Shown here: one piece after another, positions 21,019-30,821 of the stretch
How the letters are laid out: the number at the start of each line of letters is the position of its first letter
Numbering within the stretch: position 1 is the first letter of the stretch
NCBI GenBank assembly: GCA_028748685.1
Contig: JAJRDU010000186.1
Location: 1 to 55,725 of the forward strand
DNA from: Methylococcaceae bacterium
GTDB lineage: Bacteria > Pseudomonadota > Gammaproteobacteria > Methylococcales > Methylomonadaceae
Direction: 5' to 3'
Length of the DNA: 55,725 nt
Translations under genes and position numbers: made by a program
Notes under the pieces: generated by a model
Told to the model about the DNA's origin: nothing
What the model saw: the letters and a program-made list of their open reading frames with translations, nothing else
The model's database searches: none

Positions 21019-22826
21019 ATCTCGCCGAATTTCATTTCCTGCGCCCAGAGTGGTTTCTGGCCTTGCTGCCGGCGGCCTTGTTATTGGTGCTGCTGATCAA
21101 ACACCGGCAAAGCCGAGGCAGTTGGACGGAGGTTTGCGATGCCGAGTTGCTGCCCTTCATCCTGGATGACAAGCCGGTCGAAAAGCGAAGCGGCGGCTTG
21201 ATCGCGGGGGCTTTGGCTTGTCTGTTGACGATTATCGCCTTGGCAGGTCCGACCTGGGAACGCTTGCCTAGTCCGGCGTTCAGAAACGATGCGGCGCTGG
21301 TGATCGCGCTGGATTTGTCCGTGTCGATGGATGCCGCCGACATCAAGCCCAGCCGTCTGGTCAAGGCCCGCTACAAGATCGCCGATCTACTGAAACAGCG
21401 CAAGGATGGCCAGACCGCGCTCTTGGTCTATGGCGGCGATGCCTTCACCGTTACGCCCTTGACCGGCGATACCGCCACCATTGCCAGCCAGCTCGAAGCT
21501 CTGAACACCGACATCATGCCCAGCCCCGGCACCAATACCGGCGTCGCCATTCAAAAGGCCGTGGACTTGTTGCGGCAAGCCGGTTTGGCGAAGGGCCATA
21601 TTTTGTTGGTGACCGATGGGGTCGATGCCGATAGCGCGGCCTTGGCGGACAGTTGGTTGGGCGATTACCGACTGTCGGTGCTGGCGGTGGGGACGCCGGA
21701 AGGCGCGCCGATTCAGAAAACCGGCGGCTTTGTGAAAGACGTCAAGGGCAACATCGTCGTCGCTGGCCTCGATGCCGAAGCCTTGGCGGAGTTGGCTAGG
21801 AAAGGCCGGGGTGTTTATCAGCCGGTGACGGCCGGCGACGACGATGTCGACACTCTAGGCCGGGTTTTCAATGCCGCTTCCGCCGACGGCGAAAATCGGG
21901 ACGGCAATCTGCTGCTCCAGCAATGGGATGAAAAAGGGCCGTGGTTGCTGTTGCCGGTATTACCCTGGGCGGCATTGCGATTCAGGAAGGGCTTGTTGCT
22001 TTTTGGATTGCTGTGCCTGTTGCCCTTGCCCAGGGATAGCCAGGCGCTGGATTGGCAAAGCCTCTGGCAAACACCGAATCAACAGGCCAGGCAGGCATTC
22101 GACCAGCAGCAATATCAGCAGGCCGCCGAGCAATTCGATTCCCCGGACTGGCGGGCCGCCGCTCAGTATAAGGCAGGCCAATATCAGGAGGCCGCCGAAA
22201 CCCTGAAAGACACCCAAACCGCGGACAGCCATTACAACCGTGGCAATGCGCTGGCTCAGACCGGCCAGTTGCAGGAAGCTTTGCAAGCTTACCAGCAAGC
22301 CTTGAAACTCGAACCGGGCCATCAGGATGCCCAGTACAACAAGGAACTGGTCGAGAAGAAACTCAAGGAAAACCAGCAACAGCAAGACAAGGACCAAAAC
22401 CAGCAGCAAGATCAGAAGCAGTCGCCTGAACAGCAGAAAGACCAGGGGCAACAGAAACAGAACCAGGATAGTCAGTCCGGACAATCTGAAGCCGACAAGC
22501 AGAACCAGCAACAGCCGGACGGTAACGATCAATCGCAAGCCAAACCCGATGCCAAGCAACAGGCAGGCGACAAAGAAAAAAACGAGTCTAAAGCCGGCGA
22601 CAAACAGCAGGCCGACGAGGGCCAGCAACCCAAACCGGAACCCGCCGACGACGCGCAAACCTCCCGGCAGCAAGCGGCCAACATCGTTGAAAAACAGGAA
22701 GCCGAGCGGGCCAACGAACAACTGCTGAAACGCATTCCCGACGAACCGACCGGTTTGTTAAAACGCAAATTCAAATATCAATACGGGCAACGCGCCCCGC
22801 CTTCTCAAAACGGCCCAGACTGGTAA
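21015..22826 (+). CDS. batB: BatB/BatC-like VWA plus TPR protein with a Gln-rich linker
   Basis: FHFLRPEW, ALAGPTW, DLSVSM MIDAS, TPR (YNRGNALA), Q/D/K-rich tract, IPDEP..LLKRKF; start ATG 21015. Confidence 0.85.
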   Translation: MNLAEFHFLRPEWFLALLPAALLLVLLIKHRQSRGSWTEVCDAELLPFILDDKPVEKRSGGLIAGALACLLTIIALAGPTWERLPSPAFRNDAALVIALDLSVSMDAADIKPSRLVKARYKIADLLKQRKDGQTALLVYGGDAFTVTPLTGDTATIASQLEALNTDIMPSPGTNTGVAIQKAVDLLRQAGLAKGHILLVTDGVDADSAALADSWLGDYRLSVLAVGTPEGAPIQKTGGFVKDVKGNIVVAGLDAEALAELARKGRGVYQPVTAGDDDVDTLGRVFNAASADGENRDGNLLLQQWDEKGPWLLLPVLPWAALRFRKGLLLFGLLCLLPLPRDSQALDWQSLWQTPNQQARQAFDQQQYQQAAEQFDSPDWRAAAQYKAGQYQEAAETLKDTQTADSHYNRGNALAQTGQLQEALQAYQQALKLEPGHQDAQYNKELVEKKLKENQQQQDKDQNQQQDQKQSPEQQKDQGQQKQNQDSQSGQSEADKQNQQQPDGNDQSQAKPDAKQQAGDKEKNESKAGDKQQADEGQQPKPEPADDAQTSRQQAANIVEKQEAERANEQLLKRIPDEPTGLLKRKFKYQYGQRAPPSQNGPDW

Positions 22827-22898
22827 AACCCCAGGTCTTGCAGCGAGGCGTGTCGAGTCGCAATTGCCGGTCGGCATAGCCTTTGCTTTAAGAATGAT

Positions 22899-22914
22899 CG
22901 ATAAGTTTTTATCG
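22899..22914. promoter_or_regulatory. Perfect palindrome upstream of the RND pair, candidate operator
   Basis: CGATAA-GTTT-TTATCG. Confidence 0.3.
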
Positions 22915-23023
22915 CTTCGATTCCGGGCCATACCCGAAATTTTTGTGACAAATGGCCACAGATGCGGCATTAAACCTGCCGCCATGGTCAGCCCTCATCT
23001 GCCCGGCGGGCAGTGACTAACAA

Positions 23024-24190
23024 ATGGAAATTCCTTTGGTTAACGACTCTATGAAACATTCGATGTCTTTTAAGTTTTCGCGACGGCCGATTGCCAGATA
23101 TTGGTGCGCCTTGCTGCTCTGCCTTACCTTTTCGGTGCGGGCCGAGGTATTACCTGGTCTGGAAGCTTCGCCGGCGCTGCTGAAGCTGTTGACTGTAGAC
23201 GAAGTAAAACCCAGTGAAGTGCGTGAGACCTTGGGCTTGTCGGCGCGGGTGGAATTGGATCAACAGCATGTGGCGCGTATCGGCGCATCGGTCACCGGCC
23301 GGATCACCGAAATCAACGCCATGCTCGGCCAGGCCGTCAAGAAAGGCGAACGCCTGGCCTTGCTGAACAGCACCGAGCTTAGCCAGGCTCAATCCGATTA
23401 TTTAAAGGCTGCTTCCCAGGTAAATCTGCGCCGGCTGACCGTTAAGCGTGCCGAGCGTTTGCTGGAAAGCGGCGTGCTGGCCGAGGCCGAATTGCAGGAG
23501 CGGCAAGGCGTGTTGACCGAAGCGGAAGTGGATCTGCGTGCCGCGACCGACCGTTTACGGGTGATGGGCATGAACGAAGCGGATTTGCAGCGTCTGGCTA
23601 AGGAACGCAGCATACATTCTTTCTCGCCGGTGACGGCCAGCATAGCCGGGGTGGTGATCGAGCGCAACGTCGCTATCGGCCAAGTGGTGCAACCGGCCGA
23701 TGCCCTGTATACCGTCGCCGATTTATCGCAGCTATGGTTGGTGGCGGAAGTACCGGAACAGCAGGCGCACTGGGCGCGTCAAGGCGACGAGGTTCGCGCC
23801 GAGGTACCGGCCTTGCCGGGCCAGGAGGTCAGCGGTAAGCTGATTTATGTCGCCGACATGGTCGATCCGGAAACTCGCACCGTGACGGTGCGGATGGCGC
23901 TGGCCAATCCGAACCGTTTGTTCAAGCCGCAAATGTTGGCGACCCTGAAGATCAGCAAGCCGGGCTCTCAAACCCTGGTGGTTCCCAGCCGGGCCGTGGT
24001 CAGGGAAGGCAACAATGATTACGTATTCGTGCAAACCGCGGCCAACCATTTCGAAATGAGGCCGGTGCACCTGGGGCGAGAGGAATCGCAATTGTGTCCG
24101 TTATTGGATGGTTTGAAGGCTGGCGATCGAATTGTGGTTGGCGGCGCCTTTCACCTGAATAACGAACGCCTGCGTAGCACGCTGGAGTAA
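23024..24190 (+). CDS. RND efflux periplasmic adaptor (CzcB/CusB family)
   Basis: GRITEI...GQ.VKKGE barrel-sandwich hybrid, alpha hairpin, VADLSQLW, DPETRT, VVPSRAV. Confidence 0.9.
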   Translation: MEIPLVNDSMKHSMSFKFSRRPIARYWCALLLCLTFSVRAEVLPGLEASPALLKLLTVDEVKPSEVRETLGLSARVELDQQHVARIGASVTGRITEINAMLGQAVKKGERLALLNSTELSQAQSDYLKAASQVNLRRLTVKRAERLLESGVLAEAELQERQGVLTEAEVDLRAATDRLRVMGMNEADLQRLAKERSIHSFSPVTASIAGVVIERNVAIGQVVQPADALYTVADLSQLWLVAEVPEQQAHWARQGDEVRAEVPALPGQEVSGKLIYVADMVDPETRTVTVRMALANPNRLFKPQMLATLKISKPGSQTLVVPSRAVVREGNNDYVFVQTAANHFEMRPVHLGREESQLCPLLDGLKAGDRIVVGGAFHLNNERLRSTLE

Positions 24191-24193
24191 GCC

Positions 24194-27100
24194 ATGATCA
24201 ACCGCTTAATCGAAACGGCGCTGAATCAGCGGATTCTGGTCGCCGTGCTGGCGGTAGGCATCACCTTGTTCGGCGTGCGCGCCGTACAGCATTTATCGGT
24301 CGATGCCTTTCCCGATGTGACCAATATACAGGTGCAAATCGCTACCGAAGCCGCCGGGCGTTCGCCGGACGAGGTGGAACGTCTAGTGACCGTGCCGCTG
24401 GAAATCGCGATGGCGGGCCTTCCCGGCCTGGAGGAAATGCGCTCGCTGAATAAAAACGGCTTGTCGTTGATCACGCTGATTTTCACCGACAGCACCGATG
24501 TGTATTTCGCCCGGCAACTGGTCATGGAAAGGCTGATCGAGGTCAAGCAGCAGATGCCGGATGGCGTCAATCCCGTGCTGGGTCCGGTCTCGACCGGCCT
24601 GGGCGAGGTCTATCAATACACGCTGGATAGAGACGACGACGGCCAGCGGCCTTTGACTCAGGAAGAGCTGCTGGAACGCCGCGAGGTTCAGGATTGGGTG
24701 GTGAGGCCCTTGCTGCGCGGAATTTCCGGGGTTGCCGAAATCAATTCCCAGGGCGGTTACGTCAAACAATACCAGGTGCTGGTCAATCCAGATCGCCTGC
24801 ATCATTACCGGATTTCGCTGAACGAGGTGTTCGATGCGCTGGCGCGCAATAACGCCAACAGCGGCGGCGGGGTGTTGCCGCATTATGCGGAACAATATCT
24901 GATTCGCGGCGTGGGACTGATCAATGACGTCAACGACATCGGCAACATCGTGTTGAAGGAAGAAAACAGCGTGCCGGTGCACATGCATGACGTTGCCGAT
25001 GTCAAGATCGGCCATGAGGTGCGTGGCGGCGCGGTGATCAAGAACGGTTATACCGAGTCGGTGGGAGGCATCGTGATGATGCTGCGCGGCGGCAACGCCA
25101 AGCAAGTGGTGAGCCGGATCAAGGAAAGAGTCGCCGAGATCAACGCCAAGGCTATGTTGCCGGGTGGTCTGAAGATCGTTTCCTACTACGACCGCAGTGA
25201 TCTGGTCGATGCCGCCTTACATACCGTCACCAAGGTGTTGCTGGAAGGCATCGTGTTGGTGGTGATCGTACTGTTCCTGTTTCTGGGGGATGTCCGTTCC
25301 AGCCTGATCGTGGTTGGCACCTTGATTGTCACGCCGCTGGTGACCTTTATCGCGATGAATCAACTGGGGCTTTCCGCCAATCTGATGTCACTCGGGGGGC
25401 TTGCGATCGCGATCGGCTTGATGGTCGACGGCTCGGTGGTGGTGGTGGAAAACGCCTTTCGCCTGTTGGGGGAGCGCAAAGGCAAGGCTACCAGCCGGGT
25501 GAAGGTGGTGATGCTCGCCGCTCAGGAAGTGGCGACGCCGGTATTGTTCGGGGTCGGCATCATCGTGTTGGTGTTCCTGCCGCTGATGACGCTGGAAGGT
25601 ATGGAGGGCAAGATGTTCGCGCCGCTGGCCTACACTATCGCGATCGCACTATTGGTTTCGCTGGTCGTGTCGCTGACGTTGTCGCCGGTGCTGTGTGCCT
25701 TCATGCTGGAAGGCCATGAGGGCGAACACGATACCCGGCTGATTGCCTTCATCAAGCGATATTATCTGCGCTTGCTGGACTGGTCCATGGCCCACCGGTT
25801 GAAGGTAGTCGGGGGCGCGGTGGCGGTTTTTATTGCCGCAATGGCCTTGTTACCCTTGCTGGGTACTTCTTTCATCCCGGAAATGAAGGAAGGCTCCATC
25901 GTGCCTGGCATCAACCGAGTGCCGAACATTTCCCTCGATGAAAGTATCGATGTCGAGATGCGGGCCATGAAGATGGTGATGGAGATACCCGGCGTCAAGA
26001 ACGTGGTGAGCGGTCTTGGACGGGGCGAAAGCCCGGCCGATCCGCAGAGCCAGAACGAATCGACGCCTATTGTCACCTTGAAACCCAGGGAGGAATGGCC
26101 GAAAGGCTGGAACCAGGACAATATCGCCGATGCCATGCAGGAAAAACTCGTCGCGAATCTGCCCGGCATGCAGGTGGTGATGGCCCAGCCGATTTCCGAC
26201 CGGGTCGATGAAATGGTCACCGGCGTGCGTTCCGACGTGGCGGTGAAGGTGTTCGGCGACGATCTGGCGGAATTAAAACGGATGGCCGATGAGATAGCGT
26301 CAGTAGCCAAGGACATTACAGGTGCCAGAGACATCCGGGTGGAACGCCTGACCGGCCAGCAATACCTAAATATCACGGTCGATAGACAGGCCATCGCCCG
26401 CCACGGCCTGAATGCCGCCGACATTCACGACGTGATCGAAACCGCGATCGCCGGCAAGGTCGCTACCGAGATTTATCAGGGCGAGCGCCGGTTTTCGGCG
26501 GCGGTACGCCTGCCGGAAGCCTTCCGCAACAATATCGCCGCCATTGGTAACATAATGCTGACTTCGGCAAACGGCGCACGGGTGCCGCTGAACAATGTCG
26601 CCAAGATCAGTCTCAACGATGGTCCGGCGCAAATCAGCCGGGAAATGGGCAAGCGGCGCATCGTGGTCGGAATCAACGTCCGCGACCGCGATTTGGGCAG
26701 TTTCGTCGCCGAGTTGCAGCAGACCGTCGGAAAGAAAGTGCAACTGCCGGAAGGCTATTATCTGCAATGGGGCGGCCAGTTCCAGAACATGGAGCGGGCG
26801 CTGGGGCACTTAAAAATGATCATCCCGGTGACCATCGCCGCGATTTTCTTTTTATTGTTCATGTTGTTTAATTCGTTGCGTTTTGCGGCCTTGATCATCC
26901 TGGTGCTGCCGTTCGCGTCCATAGGCGGCATCGTCACGCTGTTTGCGAGCGGTGAATACCTGTCGGTGCCGGCCTCGGTGGGTTTTATTGCCTTGTGGGG
27001 GATCGCGGTATTGAACGGCGTGGTGCTGGTGTCATATATTCGCGGCCTGCGCGCCAGCGGCATGACCCAAGCGCATGCCATACGCCAAGGCTGCGAGCAG

Positions 27101-27322
27101 CGTTTTAGGCCGGTGATGATGACCGCCACGGTGGCCCTGCTGGGCTTGGTACCGTTTCTGTTCGCCATCGGCCCCGGCTCGGAAGTGCAGAAACCGCTGG
27201 CAATCGTGGTGATCGGTGGCTTGATCAGTTCGACGCTATTGACTTTGGTGGTACTTCCCGTGTTGTACGCTTGGTTCGATGTTCGTTCCGACACCCATAA
27301 ACCCTTTTCGATGACGAAATAG
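24194..27322 (+). CDS. czcA: CusA/CzcA-family heavy-metal efflux RND transporter
   Basis: DAFPDVTN.QVQI, TGLGEVYQY, NLMSLGGLAIAIGLMVDGSVVVVEN, RPVMMTA, GSEVQKPLA. Confidence 0.9.
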   Translation: MINRLIETALNQRILVAVLAVGITLFGVRAVQHLSVDAFPDVTNIQVQIATEAAGRSPDEVERLVTVPLEIAMAGLPGLEEMRSLNKNGLSLITLIFTDSTDVYFARQLVMERLIEVKQQMPDGVNPVLGPVSTGLGEVYQYTLDRDDDGQRPLTQEELLERREVQDWVVRPLLRGISGVAEINSQGGYVKQYQVLVNPDRLHHYRISLNEVFDALARNNANSGGGVLPHYAEQYLIRGVGLINDVNDIGNIVLKEENSVPVHMHDVADVKIGHEVRGGAVIKNGYTESVGGIVMMLRGGNAKQVVSRIKERVAEINAKAMLPGGLKIVSYYDRSDLVDAALHTVTKVLLEGIVLVVIVLFLFLGDVRSSLIVVGTLIVTPLVTFIAMNQLGLSANLMSLGGLAIAIGLMVDGSVVVVENAFRLLGERKGKATSRVKVVMLAAQEVATPVLFGVGIIVLVFLPLMTLEGMEGKMFAPLAYTIAIALLVSLVVSLTLSPVLCAFMLEGHEGEHDTRLIAFIKRYYLRLLDWSMAHRLKVVGGAVAVFIAAMALLPLLGTSFIPEMKEGSIVPGINRVPNISLDESIDVEMRAMKMVMEIPGVKNVVSGLGRGESPADPQSQNESTPIVTLKPREEWPKGWNQDNIADAMQEKLVANLPGMQVVMAQPISDRVDEMVTGVRSDVAVKVFGDDLAELKRMADEIASVAKDITGARDIRVERLTGQQYLNITVDRQAIARHGLNAADIHDVIETAIAGKVATEIYQGERRFSAAVRLPEAFRNNIAAIGNIMLTSANGARVPLNNVAKISLNDGPAQISREMGKRRIVVGINVRDRDLGSFVAELQQTVGKKVQLPEGYYLQWGGQFQNMERALGHLKMIIPVTIAAIFFLLFMLFNSLRFAALIILVLPFASIGGIVTLFASGEYLSVPASVGFIALWGIAVLNGVVLVSYIRGLRASGMTQAHAIRQGCEQRFRPVMMTATVALLGLVPFLFAIGPGSEVQKPLAIVVIGGLISSTLLTLVVLPVLYAWFDVRSDTHKPFSMTK

Positions 27323-27323
27323 A

Positions 27324-27400
27324 GAGAGGGGAGTAGGAAGTCGGAAGTAGTGAGTGGGAAGTTAAAAAAGCACTCTCCATTTCCTACTGACGACTTCCCA
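27324..27400. repeat. Degenerate inverted heptamer repeat (GTRGGRA type)
   Basis: gtaggaa-gtcggaa-gtagtga-gtgggaa then ctctcca-tttccta-ctgacga-cttccca. Confidence 0.68.
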
Positions 27401-27422
27401 AATTTAAGAGACACTATGCACG

Positions 27423-29093
27423 ATGAATAGAATTTATTGCTTACAAATCCTGCTGTCTTGCGTATTGCTGTTGGCGGCAGGGCTGGCAAATGCGGCGGAG
27501 ATTCAAGTGGCCGTCGACCGCAATCCGGTCGCCCTCAACGACTCCTTCCAGATCACCTTTACGGCCAGCGAGGAGCCCGACGGCAGCCCCGATTTTTCGC
27601 CATTGCAGCAGAATTTCGAGATTCTCAACCAGCAGCGTAGCAGCAATTCGTCGTGGGTCAACGGTCAAAGTAGCCGTACCGAACAATGGACTATCAGCGT
27701 GATGGCCAAGCAGGCCGGCGAAGTACTGATTCCGCCCATCGCCTTCGGTGCCGACAGCAGCAAGCCCTTGAAAGTCACCGTCAGTGAAAGCCAGGATGCG
27801 CCACAAGGCAGTGATGACCTGTTTCTGGACGTGGCCGCGACGCCCGAACAACCTTATGTGCAGTCGCAAGTGCTATACACACTGAAACTGTACCGCCGGG
27901 TGCACATTACCCAGGCCAGCCTCAACGAGCCGGAAATCAAGGATGCCATCGTCGAGAAGTTGGGCGAGGATAGTAACTACACCACTCAAATCAATGGCGT
28001 CGATTATTGGGTGACGGAACGCAAGTATGCGATTTTTCCGCAGCAAAGCGGCGTATTCACCATTGCGCCGTTGATGCTGAATGCCGAAGTCGTCAATTCC
28101 CGGCAGCCGCGTTTCAACGGCTTTTTCAACCGGCAAACCACGGAAACCCGCCGGGTTTCCTCTAAAGCCATTACCTTGAATGTGCAAGCCGTTCCGGCCA
28201 GCTTCAAAGGCGCGGCCTGGCTAAGTGCCGAGTCGGTGGAACTAAAGGAGCAATGGTCCGATGCCGGCCTACAAGCCAAGGTTGGCGAACCCTTGACCCG
28301 GACGCTGACACTTTCGGCGAAAGGTACTACCGTCGGACAATTGCCGGAGCTGTTCGGGCAGACGGTTATCGACGGTGTCAAGGCCTATCCCGATCAGCCG
28401 GTGCTGAAGGAGGACAAGCAAAGTGACGGTCTGAGCGCGATGCGGGAAGAGAAGGTCGCATTGATACCTTCCAAGCCGGGCGATTATACCTTGCCGGCGC
28501 TGGAAATTATCTGGTTCAACACCAAGACCCAGCAGTTGGAAGTGGCGCGTTTGCCGGCCGTGACTGTCAAGGCGCTGGCAAGTAATGAAGCAAGCACCAC
28601 GCCGCCGGTATTATCCACCGAAGGTCCGATCGAGCAAAAAACGGTTTCCTCATCGCCGGCCGCGGGTCGCGATGTGCGCCTTTGGCAATGGCTGTCGGCC
28701 GCTCTGGCCCTGGGCTGGGTGTTGACCTTGATCCGGCTTTACCGGCGACCGGCCGCATCGACAAAAGCCGAGCAAACCGATAAACCACTGCCCCATGCGG
28801 CCACGGAAAAGAACTTGAAACGTGCCTGCTGGGAAAACAATCCCCTGGCCGCCAAGCAGGCTTTATTGCAATGGGGGAGGGCACGTTTTGGTGCCGATAG
28901 TCTGGGGAGTATTGCTCGGCATTGTGCCGTACCACTGAGCGATGAAATTATGGCGTTGAGCCGGCATCTTTACTCCGGTCGCCAGCAGGATTGGAGCGGC
29001 AAGGATTTGTGGCAGGCATTCACCGAAACCGATACCGCGCAAAGTGCCAAATCGAGTCCTGGTGATAGCCTGGAGCCACTATTCAAACTGTAA
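27423..29093 (+). CDS. batD: BatD family oxygen-tolerance protein
   Basis: Signal peptide, VDRNPV, YVQSQVLYT, ERKYAIFPQQSG, VGEPLTRT, YPDQP, C-terminal TM. Confidence 0.88.
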   Translation: MNRIYCLQILLSCVLLLAAGLANAAEIQVAVDRNPVALNDSFQITFTASEEPDGSPDFSPLQQNFEILNQQRSSNSSWVNGQSSRTEQWTISVMAKQAGEVLIPPIAFGADSSKPLKVTVSESQDAPQGSDDLFLDVAATPEQPYVQSQVLYTLKLYRRVHITQASLNEPEIKDAIVEKLGEDSNYTTQINGVDYWVTERKYAIFPQQSGVFTIAPLMLNAEVVNSRQPRFNGFFNRQTTETRRVSSKAITLNVQAVPASFKGAAWLSAESVELKEQWSDAGLQAKVGEPLTRTLTLSAKGTTVGQLPELFGQTVIDGVKAYPDQPVLKEDKQSDGLSAMREEKVALIPSKPGDYTLPALEIIWFNTKTQQLEVARLPAVTVKALASNEASTTPPVLSTEGPIEQKTVSSSPAAGRDVRLWQWLSAALALGWVLTLIRLYRRPAASTKAEQTDKPLPHAATEKNLKRACWENNPLAAKQALLQWGRARFGADSLGSIARHCAVPLSDEIMALSRHLYSGRQQDWSGKDLWQAFTETDTAQSAKSSPGDSLEPLFKL

Positions 29094-29097
29094 ACCG

Positions 29098-29451
29098 ATG
29101 CGAGATTTGGACGAAGTTTTTACATGCTTGGCAAAATCAGCTTTCCGCGCCAAGTTTCATTTGCATGGCAAGGATCTCGATTATTTGCGCAGCAAGGGTT
29201 TGGAGGCCATTGTCGAGCATGGGCGGGACTTTGTCGACAAGCGTCTGGCGGCGGCGCAACCCAAAAACGATGGCAAGCAAACCCCTTTTCGCGGCCACCC
29301 GGTGTTCGTCGCCCAACATGCCACCGCCTGTTGCTGCCGGGGTTGTCTGGAACAATGGCACGGCATTCGCCAGGGCGTGGCGCTGACGGCGGAGCAGGAA
29401 GATTACATCTGCAAAGTACTGGAACGCTGGTTGAAGAGAGAATTGGGGTAG
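29098..29451 (+). CDS. DUF4186 family protein
   Basis: S.FR..F.L, NDGKQTPFRGHPVFVAQHATACCCRGCLEQWHGI. Confidence 0.88.
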   Translation: MRDLDEVFTCLAKSAFRAKFHLHGKDLDYLRSKGLEAIVEHGRDFVDKRLAAAQPKNDGKQTPFRGHPVFVAQHATACCCRGCLEQWHGIRQGVALTAEQEDYICKVLERWLKRELG

Positions 29452-29482
29452 GGTGCTAGCGAATGCGTAATGCACCGAATGT

Positions 29483-30034
29483 CTAAATTCCGCGCAAATA
29501 CTCGGCAGTTAGATATAGGGCCGCAATCGAACGCGCCTCGCTGCACTCACCTGTTGCCAGCAGTGAATCTATGCGCCTTATATCCCAGGGCACGACCTCC
29601 AGTTCTTCCGGTTCGTCACCTTGCAGTTTTTCCGGATATAAGTCTTCGGCCAGGATGATGTCTATGGTATGTTCCAGATAGGACGGTGCCAGCGATACGG
29701 TGTGGAGATGGCGCAGGTTTTTGGCGCCATAACCGACTTCTTCCTTCAGTTCCCGGTTGGCCGCGGTCAGAGCGTCTTCGCCGGCGTCGATCTTGCCTTT
29801 CGGGAGTCCCAGTTCATAGCGGTGCAAGCCGGCGGCGTATTCCCTGACCAGTAGCACCGTATCGGCGTCCAGCATCGGCACTATCAGAACCGCGCCCATC
29901 GAGGCGTTGCGGGCCAATCGTTCGTATTGGCGAAGTTCACCACTGCTAAATTCCAGTTCCAGGGTTTCGATGCGGAATTGCCGGGTTTGGGCAATCACGG
30001 TTTTGTTGAGAATGGTCGGCGTTTTTCTGGACAT
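29483..30034 (-). CDS. nudE: ADP compounds hydrolase NudE
   Basis: FRIETLELEFS.G..RQYER, Nudix box GKIDAGED...AANRELKEEVG, GDEPE, EARSIAAL. Confidence 0.92.
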   Translation of the reverse strand: MSRKTPTILNKTVIAQTRQFRIETLELEFSSGELRQYERLARNASMGAVLIVPMLDADTVLLVREYAAGLHRYELGLPKGKIDAGEDALTAANRELKEEVGYGAKNLRHLHTVSLAPSYLEHTIDIILAEDLYPEKLQGDEPEELEVVPWDIRRIDSLLATGECSEARSIAALYLTAEYLRGI

Positions 30035-30164
30035 GGCTGGCAACGCGTTATGGTAGATTCGGGTAGTCGAATCGTAACAGAGTCGTCATGGCGACGCGTC
30101 GGGTTTTTCGTTACCATCTATCCACTTTGGATAATCTCGCGCTGCGATGAAAGGATGGACCGTG

Positions 30165-30821
30165 ATGCTCGACTGGCAAAAAATCGATACGGTGTTGCTG
30201 GATATGGACGGCACCTTGCTGGACCTGAACTTCGATAACCACTTCTGGCAGGAGTTTGTGCCGTTGCGTTTCGCCGAGTTACATGGCTTGTCGCTCGAAG
30301 AGTCAAAACGTCAACTCAAACCGCGTTTCAAGGCCATGGAAGGCAGGCTGGAGTGGTATTGCTTGGATTATTGGAGTGCCGAGTTACAGTTGAACATAGC
30401 CGGATTGAAGCAGGAACTGGCCGGCTTGATTGCTGTGCATCCCCATGTTACCGAATTTCTGGACGCGGTACGCGGCAGTGGTCGGCGTTTATTATTGGTC
30501 ACCAACGCGCATCGGGACAGCTTGAGCCTGAAAATGGATAAAACCTGTTTGCACGAGTTTTTCGACGAAATCGTTTCTTCGCATGATTTCGGCCTGGCCA
30601 AGGAGCAGCAGGGCTTTTGGCAAACTCTTCAGGATAGGCATGTGTTTGAAAAACATAGCACCTTGCTGGTCGACGATAGCCAGACGGTGTTGCGTTCGGC
30701 CCGGGCCTTCGGCATCGCTCATCTGGTTTCGATCAGCAAGCCGGATAGCCAAAGGCCGAAAAATCACATCACTGAATTTCCAGCGGTTGAGGATTTTCGG
30801 GCGCTGATGCCGGGCTTGTAG
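30165..30821 (+). CDS. yrfG: GMP/IMP nucleotidase YrfG (HAD family)
   Basis: IDTVLLDMDGTLLDL.FD..FW, WYCLDYW, LVTNAH, VDDS; divergent from nudE as in E. coli. Confidence 0.92.
   Translation: MLDWQKIDTVLLDMDGTLLDLNFDNHFWQEFVPLRFAELHGLSLEESKRQLKPRFKAMEGRLEWYCLDYWSAELQLNIAGLKQELAGLIAVHPHVTEFLDAVRGSGRRLLLVTNAHRDSLSLKMDKTCLHEFFDEIVSSHDFGLAKEQQGFWQTLQDRHVFEKHSTLLVDDSQTVLRSARAFGIAHLVSISKPDSQRPKNHITEFPAVEDFRALMPGL

Noticed and set aside
21960-22721. Very hydrophobic 253-aa ORF on the - strand resembling a membrane protein
   Set aside because: Reverse complement of the CAG/CAA-rich Gln linker of BatB, which reads as Leu/Val.
22944-22960. CRP/FNR-like site TGTGACAAATGGCCACA upstream of the RND adaptor
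   Set aside because: Spacing and the second half-site deviate from TGTGA-N6-TCACA; too weak to call.
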